A DNA stretch of 64,000 bases from the NCBI RefSeq assembly GCF_001194135.2, contig NC_068983.1, positions 136,284,565-136,348,564 of the forward strand, written 5' to 3'. The translations under genes and the position numbers were made by a program. This DNA is from Octopus bimaculoides. Taxonomy: Eukaryota. Numbering within the stretch: position 1 is the first letter of the stretch; the number at the start of each line of letters is the position of its first letter. Shown here in pieces: positions 29,127 to 40,730 of this stretch. A model generated the notes under the pieces. The model did no database searches and was not told the origin of the DNA. It saw only the letters and a program-made list of their open reading frames with translations.

Positions 29127-29880
29127 GAGATGTGGTCTAGCTCCTGCTTCCATGCAGCATCACATCATGAGAGATCTTCTCTCATTATGGTCATAAGTCC
29201 ATATTTGCTCAGTACTCCATCACAGTCCTCAAACAAGTTTTGACAGGTCTGCCTTACTTCCTACACTCCCATCTCTGGCTTCCTCTCATGAGAGGCCTTC
29301 ACTGGTCTCACAGTAATGGTATATTGCTCACCCTAACCCTTTCCATGACTTACTCATTTGTGATGTGCTCACATGAAGAAATACTCAGAACGGTCTTATG
29401 GTAATATTTGTGAAACACATCTGCAGCTCTAAAGATTTTTCAGGCCTTTTTCTACATTTCACATGTATGAGTCAGTACTGGCATGACAATAATGTTGCAT
29501 AACAGGAAGATTTATTCTCTGCACAACCTTCTGCTTAAGAATACTACCTGCTCTTCTAGTAAATGTTCATCAATCACCTTCTTCAGGTAGGTACAGATGA
29601 CACTGCAGAACACTTTGGTTGACACAGACAGAAGAGTTATTTTATGCCAGTTGTTACAGTTACTTTAGAGCTCCTTTTTTGGTAAATGCTATCACACTGT
29701 CACCCCAGGCTTCAATGACTTCCTCTTTGTGCCATATTCAGTTGTAAAGATGTCCCAACTCTTTTGTAGTGATATCTTTTCTATGTTGAAGCAGCTCCAC
29801 AATTATCTTGTTCAGGTATTGAATGGCTTTGGCAACTTCTGATAAGATATCCTCCTCATCCATCCCTTGGAAAGGGTCAT
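29127..29880 (-). mobile_element. Degenerate RTE-clade LINE fragment (RT domain and 3' part)
   Basis: Minus strand at ~29530-29682 translates to PKKEL*SNCNNWHKITLLSVSTKVFCSVICTYLKKVIDEHLLEEQVVF, matching RTE PKKGDxxxCxNWRGITLLSxxxKVFxxVIxxRLxxxxDxxLxEEQAGF. GRPVKTCLRTV lies near the 3' end. Confidence 0.85.
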
Positions 29881-30721
29881 CATACTGAATTATATGGCCT
29901 AGCTTATGGAAGAAATGATGGGTGGTACAATGTATTTTGTATCAAATGCATTATACTTCAGTAACAGTAATGATTCTTCAATCTGTGATCTGCTGTTTGT
30001 GTGAACTGGACATTAAAATACATAACAGTGAAAACATTTTTTTCAATCCATCAGCAAATCATGTTATTTAAGAAAAGCTTGAGCTGACTTTAACATGAAA
30101 TATATGGAAAATGCCAGAGTCCCAAAAGGGGTTAACTTTTACATGAGACCAACTTTTATTTCAGAACATAAATGCTTTCTTCAGTTGACAATAATGTTTA
30201 CATATGAAATAGATTTTGTAGCATGCTTCTTTAAATTTATTATCATGACAATTCTTTCATATCTATCCTTACTTTTCTATCTATTCTATCTTAGCAGGTG
30301 ATTTCCAAATAATATGACAATAAATAAAGTTGTGATTCATTGTATTTTATAAATTATTCTTATATATCTTCTCTTCATTTTATTTCAGGTGAGTAAATTA
30401 TCATAACAATTTGAACTGCCACAGTAAAAAGTAAGTATGTATTAAAAATATATAAATCCACAGATCTTAATATTTTTTCTCAACATTCACTAAAACAACC
30501 CATCAAATAATTTAAATGAATCTTTATAATCTAAAAAACTGACAATATTAATTTCCTGCTCTATATCAACAATCTATGAGCACATTTCTGTTTTGATCAG
30601 CACCAACAATGATGTATTCATTTTTGCAAGATGGAATGAACAACCAACTTTTAGAAATCTTTACAAATTTTTAATTATTGTCACTGCTATTCATTTCAAG
30701 TTTTAATATTTGATAGATTGA

Positions 30722-30905
30722 AGGCAGTGAGCTGGCAGAATCATTAACATGCTGGGCAAAATGCTTAATGGCTTTCTATTCAGCTTCGAGTTCTGAGTTC
30801 AAATTCAACCAAGGTCGACTTTGCCTCTCATTCTTTTGGGGGTTGATGAAATCAACTTACACCCTACCCCTAAAACTGCTGGTCTTGAGCCAAAATTTGA
30901 AAGCT
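30722..30905 (+). mobile_element. tRNA-headed SINE, same family as 63715
   Basis: gagctggcagaatcattaacatgctgggcaaaatgcttaat...ttctgagttcaaattcaaccaaggtcgactttgcc...ccaaaatttgaa. Confidence 0.8.
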
Positions 30906-31624
30906 ATTTGTTATCAGTTACATTGATAATGTCTTAGTGAAAAGGTATAATAGTAAAATGCCAAATCAAGTCTCTTATAAATTCAAATATATGCAAGCAA
31001 GAAGAAAAATGAATATTTATCTTTGTTTATAAGGCACAGATAAATACATAAGCTAATTGACTTTTGTATATCTGTCCTGAGCTGGAAAACAAAATATCAG
31101 TTTTGAGACATTCTATACCTAACACTACTTTGGTTATAACAAAACTTTGATTTGTGTGTTTGATAATTCTATGAATACATAAAAGTACATAAACATGCAA
31201 AGTGTACTTTATACATATGCAGTAAACTATTTTACAAATTCATAGAAACACAGTGATCGCTTAAATTACTTTTATGCACTTAGCAACTCCTACTTCACAT
31301 ATCATGTAGGCTGTCTTTTAAAAAGGAAACATCATTAAAACACTGAGATAATATGATCTCACCTTGAATATTGATTGAATTGGTAAGCTAATGAAACTTT
31401 GATCATTCTTTCAAGTGAACTGTTTTTGTACCAATATGCTATTATAAAAACTATAATTCACAATGCTATTTATTTTGTCTGAAATACTGAAATACTCCTA
31501 TAAAAATAATTTGAGTACCTTCAATCTGTACACAAATAGAATTTGAGCAATCAAGTCAAATAACGATATATTAATCAGCATACCTGAGTAAATCTTGACT
31601 TATTAAAATCACCTTAGCTTCAAA

Positions 31625-31920
31625 AAATACTCCAGCGAGGTCATTGCCAATGCCACTGGACTGCAGGTGGCACGTAAAAAACAACATTTGAGTGTGGCCA
31701 TTGCCAGTACCACCTGACTGGCCCTTGTGCCGGTGGCACATAAAAACCACCCACTACACTCTCAGAGTGGTTGGTGTTAGGAAGGGCATCCAGCTGTAGA
31801 AACTCTGCCAGATCAGATTGGAGCCTGGTGCAGCCATCTGGTTCGCCAGTCCTCAGTCAAATTGTCCCACCCATGCCAGCATGGAAAGCAGACGTTAAAC
31901 GATGATGATGATGATGATGA
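31625..31920 (+). mobile_element. (GAT)n-tailed SINE
   Basis: gttaggaagggcatccagctgtagaaactctgccagatcagattggagcctggtg...ccatgccagcatggaaagcagacgttaaacgatgatgatg; shared with several other copies in the window. Confidence 0.85.
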
Positions 31921-32149
31921 TATATATATATATATATATATATAAGAGTTAACAAATGAAAGAAAATAGCCCTGAACACATTTGGTTGGAGTTACATGTA
32001 TTTAATAACAGTCTGACTCAGCTCCACATGACTTAAAGTTTTGTGAGTGTATAGGACATCTAATAAAATGTTTTGAGGCAGAAACATCAGATGAGCAAAC
32101 TTTAAGTCATGTAGAACTGAGTCAAACTTTTAGAAAATATATGTATCTT

Positions 32150-32345
32150 TTAATCTTTCACTTGTTTTAGTCATTAGACTGCGGTCATGCTGGGGCACCA
32201 CTTTAAAGCATTTTTCAGTTGAATAAATTGACCCCAGTACTTATTTTATGCTTGGTACTTATTTTATTAGTCTCTTTTGCTGAACCACTAAGTTACAGGG
32301 ATGTAAAGAAACCAACACCAGTTGCCATGCAGTGGTGGGGAACAA
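32150..32345 (-). mobile_element. SINE (acttgttttagtcattagactgcggtcatgctgg family)
   Basis: Shared with the diverged copy at 7030-7225 (acttgtttcagt...gatcaaatcaatcttggtacttatttt...ttttgctgaaccac). Confidence 0.7.
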
Positions 32346-33124
32346 ACACATACACATTCGGTTAAAATGTCTTACGGTTAAGTTGGATCCTATGTATTTC
32401 CCTGAAGAGAAGATAACATCTTTATCAACATCACTTATTCCTTTGGAAGGAACCATTTTTTTAATCTTCGAAACATATGTCGGAAATAAAAGAATTCATT
32501 TAACATATACGTATTACTCCATTTATTAAATTTTTATATATATATATATATATACATGTGTGTGTGTGTATATAAATGTTGTGTAATAAGTGTAAAGTAC
32601 ATCAAAAATACATATCGCAAACACTGATATAAATTGTAATGCGGGTAGGGTGTACATATAGGTTTATAATAACAGAAGTTGACAGAGGTTCACTCAGAGC
32701 TGGGCTGGCCTGGAACGAGGGGTAGATTAAATTGCTTGTAGTCTATATAAGGGTTAGTTGACCTTGGATGGGTGTGTGTGGATAAGGTAATAAGTGTCTT
32801 TAAAAACTAAACGTAAAGATGTAGAGTTTGTGTAAGAAAGTTATTAAGGTATGTGTAAGTATGAATTGGTTAGGCACACCTTAACTCTATTCATGTTTTG
32901 TATTATCTATGGATTTAATTGAAACTCCTTAAGGAAGGTTAGGTTATTGAGAATGATCTTTACTTTGGTTTAAACAACACAACTTAATAGAGATTGTTGG
33001 AGGAGATTAAATTCTGAAGACAAGGGTTTGTTCTAGTTGAGAGGGCAAAAGCAAAAAATGTATACATGACAATATATACCAACACACAAAACAAATACAG
33101 GTATCTATCCAATATCATTATCAT

Positions 33125-33650
33125 CATCATCATCATCATCGTTTAACATCCGTTTTCCATGCTAGCATGGGTTGGATGGTTCGACTGGGGTCTGGGAAGC
33201 CAGGAAGCTGCACCAGACTCCAGTCTGATCTGGCAGTGTTTCTACAGTTGGATGCCCTTCCTAACACCAACCACTCCATGAATGTAGTGGGTGCTTTTTA
33301 CGTGCCACCAGCACAGGGGCCAGAGGAGGCTGGCAACCGCCACAATCAGTTGGTGCTTTTTACGTGCCACAGGCATGGAAGCCAGTCAAGGCGGCGCTGG
33401 CATCAACTACGTTCGGATGGTGCTTTTTACATGCCACCAGTACGGGTATCACAACTACAATTTCCATTTAATTTTTATTTTGATGTTGATGTACTTGACT
33501 CAATAGGTCTCCTCAAGCACAGCAGGTTGCCCTACGATCAAAGGTAAGCACAGCAGGTCACCCTATGATCCAAGGTACTTTTGAATGGGCTGGGGCTGGT
33601 TATGCGAAACTGGTGTAAGATACAGCCATGAACTCACTTTATTTGCCGGG
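33125..33650 (-). mobile_element. (GAT)n-tailed SINE with internal ~60-bp repeats
   Basis: Plus strand catcatcatcgtttaacatccgttttccatgctagcatgggttgg...gatgcccttcctaac is the reverse complement of the 31625 copy. Three gtgctttttacgtgccac-type units follow. Confidence 0.85.
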
Positions 33651-34639
33651 TTCACCATAAATGCACACACATGGTGGATGGACTCTCACATTGCTTGAAC
33701 AAATGATAGTTCAAGGTTTCAGCAAGACACAGCTGTGTATGAAGTTTTCCACTAGCATCCTCTACCTGGCCCCCTCATCTTTTTCTCTATTGCTACAAGA
33801 CTTATAAAAACAGAATGCAGGTGTTGGTGCTGGTATCTAGGTTTGCTGAACAACTTTCATGATGAATATTATTATGGTGGACATGGCTTGTGCAGAGAGG
33901 CCAGTCCCACTCTCTTGTCCTTCAATCTTGTATTGGTCTGGTGCAACAAGTGCAACATGAGCTCTGTAGTGATCAGGATGCAGGATTTGTGTGGAGTTAC
34001 ATTCTCTTAGATGAACAGCTAAAAAGCTAAAGGACTTCATCTGCTCTGGGTCAGTTGGGATCTCTGTGAGTGACCGTCTTCTAGAGGCTAATTAAACCAT
34101 AGCTGGGACCATGTCTTCTCTGGGCCAGAATAGGTATGGGAACATTAGTGGTTAAAAAGTGATTCCGCACTCTTCAAAACTCAGGAACTCCCCAACAAAA
34201 GGTCAAACCAGATTAAGTTAAAACTCATGCCCAGAGACTACACACACACACATTCATTATTTAGCATCTCACATATCTGCTTTCACTCTCAGCACGCTCT
34301 CACATACGCTATCACACTCCACTCACTATAGCCAGCTTTAGGTACCCCTACCTCTTCCTCTTCACCACTCCTACATTTTTGTTCTTCTTTTTGGGTAAAT
34401 GCCTACAGATACACTGCATTGTTTCTTATATACAGTTTGAATTCATGTAGACTTTTCTGCCAAAGGTTTATATTTACTGTTAGCCTTCTATGTCAGCAGT
34501 CCCTCGTTGATTTGTTTTGTAGAGGCCAAATTTTTGGCTGCTAGGTTTTCATGTCAGAAACCACATGTTAATTTTTTGAAGTGTGCGTTGTTTGCATGTT
34601 GATTTTGGCACTGTATTGTGATATGAGTATGGCTTCCAT

Positions 34640-35170
34640 AATTAATCTATTTTTGTAGGGAATTTTAACAGAGAAGATTGTAAATGAAGGACACTAGGTG
34701 AGATTATAGAGCATCTATGGTACCTACCTGGGCTAGTCAATATGAGAGTGACTAACCCAAATCTTATTCTACCAAACATTTTAATCATCTGAATAATTAT
34801 CCTTGATGGAACAGCTCTCTTCTCTGCCTTCATAACTTTAACCACACCTATTACAATACTGCTTTCAACATGAATAGCTCTGTTGAATCTATTGTGTGTG
34901 GGGAGGATCTTTTCTTTCCTATGCACTCTCCAGCTTCAAGAGCCATTCAAATTAGCCCTTCCATGCCTCTTTCTTTTCTATGTACAAGCTTAATCCTTCC
35001 ACTTTATGTTCTGTAACATTCCACCATCAGGTTATCTTCTGTTTGGTTGTAATCATGCACACAAAATATATCTGGTTTGTTACATTCAGTACATCGTCTG
35101 AAAGGAACACCCAGATGTCCTCTATCTCATATGTTCACCTCCTGTTGAGTGTCAGTACTTCTCTCAACCT
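34640..35170 (-). mobile_element. Probable older LINE remnant (endonuclease-to-RT linker)
   Basis: Minus strand has acctgatggtggaat (TWWWN-like with a TGG>TGA change) and a KKRGMEG stretch resembling the RTE linker. Heavily decayed. Confidence 0.4.
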
Positions 35171-35309
35171 ATAGCCGGTTTTGATGATGCTTCCAAATAA
35201 AGAAAATCCAGGTTATATATGTCCCATAGCTAACAGAACATCAGAAGTAGTAATAACCCTTGTGTATACATACAAATACATATATATGTATACAAACACG
35301 TATACACTG

Positions 35310-35640
35310 CTTGGCTTGACTTGATGCTCTTGCTTGATGGGGCTGGAGTCATTCCAAGTTAGAGGTCCCAGGGGCATCATCATGAGTAGAGCCAACCAGG
35401 TCCACCAGTGTTCTCCATCACTAGTGGTCCCGTGCCAGCTCCTCTGCATCCTCCAAGGTGACATCAAGCCTCTGGAGATTTTCCCCAATCATGTCCAACC
35501 ATTTTGTGCAGGGCCTGCCACAAGGCCTCTTCCAGCCTGCAGCTGCTGCATCAAATGAGAGTAAAGCCCAGGTAGGATGATCTAGTGGAAGACAGAGGTC
35601 ATGTCTACACCAGCACATGTGACAGCTATATGCCAAAGCA
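35310..35640 (-). mobile_element. RTE LINE 3' end with short caagt-like tail
   Basis: ORF 35421-35705(-) contains GWKRPCGRPCTKWLDMIGENLQRLDVTLEDAEELARDH, typical of the RTE ORF C-terminus (WxRPxGRPxxxWLDxIxxDL...AxDRxxWR). It is followed by RWRTLV in another frame and a caagtcaagccaagc tail. Confidence 0.8.
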
Positions 35641-35814
35641 AGTCTTTCCAGATGAAAAACAATGATTTTATAAGATAAACAGTTATGATATACTCGAACA
35701 TGCACACATACATATACATAGGGAGGTATTAGTTCAAACCTTCTAGTTCAGACAATCAGATACTGCTGATGTAGCAGTAGAGGATATATATATACACACA
35801 CACATATATCATAT

Positions 35815-36120
35815 ATCCTTAGTGGTTAGGTGCATTACACTCATGAGCGTAAGATCGTGAGTTCAATTCTTGGTGATGCGTTGTGTCCTTGAGCAAGAAA
35901 CTTTATTTCACGTTGCTTCAGTCCACTCAGCTGGCAAAAGTGAGTAGTACCTGTATTTCAAAGGGCCAGCCTTGTCACACTCTGTGTCATACTGAATCTC
36001 CCTAAGAACTACATTAAGGGTACACATGTCTGTGGAGTGCTCAGCCATTTGCATGTTAATTTCATGAGCAAGTTGTTTCGTTGATTGTATCAGCTGGGAC
36101 CCTCTTAATCGTAATGAACA
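35815..36120 (+). mobile_element. tRNA-derived SINE, same family as 61130-61424
   Basis: agtggttagg...gagttcaattc head and the ttgtgtccttgagcaagaaactttatttcacgttgcttcagtccactcagctg core. Confidence 0.8.
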
Positions 36121-37977
36121 GAGTGTTCTTTTTTTTTTATATCATATATATATGTGTGTGTGTGTGTATAAAATGCACGTATGCATGGCTGCATGGTTAA
36201 GAGATCTGTTTCTCAGTGACATGATTTTAGGTTCAAGTCTCACTGAGTGGCATCTTGAATAAAAGCCCTGTGAATGGATTTGATAGACATAAGCTGAAAG
36301 AATGCCTTTGTGTGTACGTGTGTAAGTATGCGTGCATACATACGTATGTGTGCACCTGTGTCTCCTTATCTTGATATCATCGTTTTTAAGGAACATCACC
36401 ATCATCCAAGTGGTATTGGTTGTTTCCAATTGTCTATAAATACATCTGGCCAAATACGTTGCTTAGAGAAAAGTGTGGACATCTCACCGTAGAAAATCTG
36501 CCTCAATGAATTTCAGTCGTCCCATGAAGACGTTTGATGCTTAGCTTCAGAAAGGAGAAGGGAAAGGACCGTGATAAATGCTAACACTTAGTGCTGGAGA
36601 AGAACTGCCCAATAATTTAAGCATGGCAAAATGAACCTTAAAATGGTGGTAGTGATGGAGGTGTGATGTTTATATATATATCTACACTTGGGTCTCTCAT
36701 CCATTATGTTCCAGTGAAGAGTCCATCTGTTGCCCCACTATTTGATAATCTATCAACTATCAACTCTCCATTACATGACCTTTTCTCACTCACCTTCTCT
36801 TGCATAAGCTGTAATTAAGGAATAATACTGGATTTGTCCTTATTTTACCTCTCTCTCCCTTTCCATCTATTATTCTACCTCTCTTTCTCTTTCCATCTCA
36901 ATTTCTGTGCAGTGCAGTATTGCATGAGATCTGGTTGTATCTGATATTTAATTAATCTTAATTAACATTTCAGAGTTGTCTCCCTTCCCTGCCTCTTTTT
37001 GATCAGGATTAGTCATTTAGATAATAATAAATCTTGTCACTAAGAGTGTAACTTTAATTAATTAGATTTCTTGCTTATACATCAAATATGCAAGCACCTG
37101 CATCTATAGGATAATGTCAGCTCATATCCTGGCACATTCTCTCCTGGAAACTTTAAATATTTAATTTTCAACACAGCCAAATGGAAATGTATGTTGCACA
37201 TTTAAAGATCTATCATTTGGCATAGTTTCTGGCAAACAAATGTCTTAAAGGTTTTGATAGCACAGAATAGTATTGAATTCATGGTTAACAAATAAAACCC
37301 ATCATTCTATGGAATACACAATCAAATGATACTATGAAATGAAACATCAACATGATACATGTAATAGAATTTATGGAAACATTACTATAATGGTTATTCA
37401 TGTAATGGCCAAATCAAGCTTTTGTTTTATTGCTGAAATAGTTTTTTTAAACGACTGGATATAATTTCTATATTCATTTGCCAAAAGTAGTTAGAGCTAG
37501 AAGTTTGAAATCCTAATCTAAAAGTTCAATGCAAGTTCAACATTCCCATACAAAAATATTCCACATCACTTACAAAAGCGTACAACACCACCACCACTAC
37601 CAATACCCAATTACAAAATCATATGCACACACACACACACACAATGTAAATAGCAAAACAAAATTGATCATAAAACACAGAGCAAAGAAAAAGGAGTATA
37701 TGATATCATGGAGATGTTTGAGGAGAGCATTATCATTGACAAACTGACAATCTGTATCAAAGGAATTATGATAAAATAATTAATTAGTCTTGTAATCAAT
37801 TGATAATAAAACTGAAGAGAAACTCAACTACTGCATGTGTTTTATTTGTCAACAAGACCCTCCCAAAATACAACAGTATTTGTTTCAACACATGATTTCA
37901 CATCAAGAATCTTGCAAAAACAAATTCAGAAAATAAACGAAATAAATAAATGCACAGTTCTATATTTAAGAGATGAG

Positions 37978-38290
37978 GAATTATGTACATCATTTACATT
38001 TGACGGATATTTGTCCTCATCTTGTTTGTTGTTAACACAATGTTTCGGCTGATATATCCTCCAGCCTTCATCGGGTGTAGTGAGGAAATTTCGAACCTGG
38101 GTTCTCATTCCTAAGGTATTTTTCGTTGTTGTTGTTATTATTATTATTATTATTCAGGTCACTGCCTGGAACTTGGAATCTTGGGGTTAGTAGCCTGTGC
38201 TCTTAACCATTATGTCATACACCTGTGGCAAAATGGTTAAGAGCGTGGGCTACTAACCCCAAGATTCCGAGTTCAATTTCAGGCAGTGAT

Positions 38291-38324
<34 letters not shown>

Positions 38325-38478
38325 TTGAAAAATACCTTAGAAATGAGAACCCAGGTTTGAAATTTCTCCAAGACACCTGATAAAGGCTGGAGAGTATATC
38401 AGCCGAAATGTGTTAACAACAAACAAGATGAAGACAAATATCCGTCAAATATAAATAATGTAAATAATGTAAATAATT
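37978..38478. mobile_element. Foldback element: two head-to-head tRNA-derived SINE arms with (AAT)n spacer and hammerhead-like tail
   Basis: Left arm ~37978-38210 is the reverse complement of right arm ~38231-38478 (high identity by eye) around a ~20-nt centre. The right arm starts with A-box-like tggcaaaatggtt and B-box-like gagttcaatt, then (AAT)n, then acacctgataaaggctg...cagccgaaa. Confidence 0.85.
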
Positions 38479-39015
38479 CTATTTGTTTATATTTATATTG
38501 AAGGCTGCTGTATTGATTGCTGTATGCAATAATTTCTTAATTTGAGATTTCTATCTGAGTTAGAAAATAAAAACCTAACAACAATTGTTAGTTACTTTTG
38601 AATAGAAGAGGAAATAATTTCAAGAAATTAGGATTAAATTTCTCAAGTAAATTTACATGCTTAGGAAAACAACAATTTGATCTGTGTAGGCAAAGGACAA
38701 CTGTGGATGCCATGATTTAGTCTATTTAACCTCATCAATTGGGTACAGACTAACCAAACCTGCAGATAAGTAAATAGATTTTTAAAATAGAAAAAGAGTT
38801 ATATAATAAACCTTGGATGGAATTGTCGAGACACTGCATCCTTTAAAACCTCCATGCTTCCTGAAATTTGCCAACACTACACCTGATATCCCCCACTCCA
38901 TATGCACACATGTATATGACTCTTACACTATTCACTTTCCTGACTTTTGTACATAATTCTATGTACTGTATATGCACTGTTGATGAGTTGTAGTGTACCT
39001 GAGCACTATACACAA

Positions 39016-39020
39016 TAATT

Positions 39021-39060
<40 letters not shown>

Positions 39061-39156
39061 CATTATTATTATTATCATCATCATTATTATCATTATTATT
39101 ATTATCGTTATTATTATTATCATTATTATTATTATCATCATTATTATTATTATTAT
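39016..39156. repeat. (ATT)n/(ATC)n compound trinucleotide repeat
   Basis: Direct reading; source of the poly-I and poly-N ORFs. Confidence 0.95.
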
Positions 39157-39249
39157 GCATCACTATGTGCGTTTCCACAAATCATGTATTAAATGTTTAT
39201 AAATGCCATCCAAGGATTATTGTTGTTGTTGTTATATATACATATATCA

Positions 39250-39395
39250 TCATTATCATCATCATTTAATGTTCATACTGGCATGAGTTGGACAGTGTGA
39301 CAGGTGCTGGCAAACCAGAGAGCTTCACTAGGCTCCAATTGTCTGTTTTGGCAAGGTTTCTATGGCCGGATGTCCTTCCTTAACGCCAATGACAA
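39250..39395 (-). mobile_element. Diverged (GAT)n-tail family SINE fragment
   Basis: atcatcatcatttaatgt...ggcatgagttggacag...ggcaaggtttctatggccggatgtccttcct. Confidence 0.7.
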
Positions 39396-40219
39396 GCTTC
39401 TGCAGAGTTTCTGTTTGCCACATTTCATCTACAAGGCATTAGTCAACTCAAGGCTATAACAGAAAACACTCGCCCTGGATGCTATACAGAGGAACTGACA
39501 CTGAAACCACATCATTGCAAAGTGAACTTCTGAACCACACTCCCATGTTACCATGCCTGTGTGTGTGTGGGTGTTTGTATGAATAGTTAAGATACTACAG
39601 AAACCTAAAAGAGAGGTGAGGTGAGGGGGAAGGAGACAAAAAGAACAAAATGAAAAATTCAGATAAACAGGCAGACAAACAAATGTAAACAAAAAAGGTC
39701 GATATTACTTAATTTGTTGTTTGTGAGTAGGAATAATTTCCTACAGATGGTGGGAGGATATTTTTACCATTTTCTCACCCCTACCTTACACACACACACA
39801 CACACACACCTGAAACCCAGTTTGCGTCATAAGTATTGCACACACACGTCAGAAGCTGACTGTTCTAGTCTAGCTGACATCTGATAGTCTTCTGCTTGGC
39901 CTTCAGTTCATTCTCTCTATCTCTACTTCTTTTTTCATCATTCTCCATCACTTTCTCTCTATTCAACTTCTCTTTCTCTCTCTCTCTCTCTCTAGAATGA
40001 CACACATACAAAGTATTACACACCTAGACACATATGCTTACACATTCACAACAAAGTGTACATAGAAATACAAAGATATCTGCACACACATGTACAAATG
40101 CACAAACACACAAACATCCATAATCTTATGAGCAGAAGCATATATAAGTTTGCATATACATAAACACATGTACACACAATCAAAAGAATTCATATACACA
40201 CTAGCAATGACAGCCACTC

Positions 40220-40278
<59 letters not shown>

Positions 40279-40364
40279 CATGCATGCTAGTATTCATATT
40301 TAGAAGCACATACTTATATATTAATTTGCATACACTCATGTTTACACAATACTCATTGGCATCT

Positions 40365-40730
40365 TCATTTAATGCTATGTTCCATGCTGGCATGGGTTGA
40401 ACAATTCAACAGGATCCAGCGAGTTAGAGGACTGCATGGGGTTCCAATGTTTACTTTGGCAAGGTTTCTAGGGCTGGATACCCTTCCTGGCATCAACCAC
40501 TTTACAGAGTATACTGGTTGCATTTTTCATGCCATGAGCACTAGTGAGGTCACCAAGTAACTTTCAAGACAAGACCTTTTGACAAAGTGAGGATGCAGTT
40601 CTGAGGGTAGTGGCTTTGTGCCAGGTGTTGAGAGGCTGAATTATGATAGAGAGACAGAACAGGTATCTTGCTATAGAGGAGATATGTGGCTATCCAAACA
40701 AGAAAGAGAGAGAAAAGATGGTGGAGATGA
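40365..40730 (-). mobile_element. Diverged (GAT)n-tail family SINE
   Basis: ttccatgctggcatgggttgaac...ttggcaaggtttctagggctggatacccttcctggcatcaaccac. Confidence 0.7.

Noticed and set aside
38224-38290. tRNA-like sequences here and at 61350-61420, 63720-63800
   Set aside because: They have A/B boxes but no complete cloverleaf, and continue into repeat bodies, so they are SINE heads rather than tRNA genes.
38843-39202. Poly-N/D and poly-I ORFs
   Set aside because: Translation of the (ATT/ATC)n repeat.
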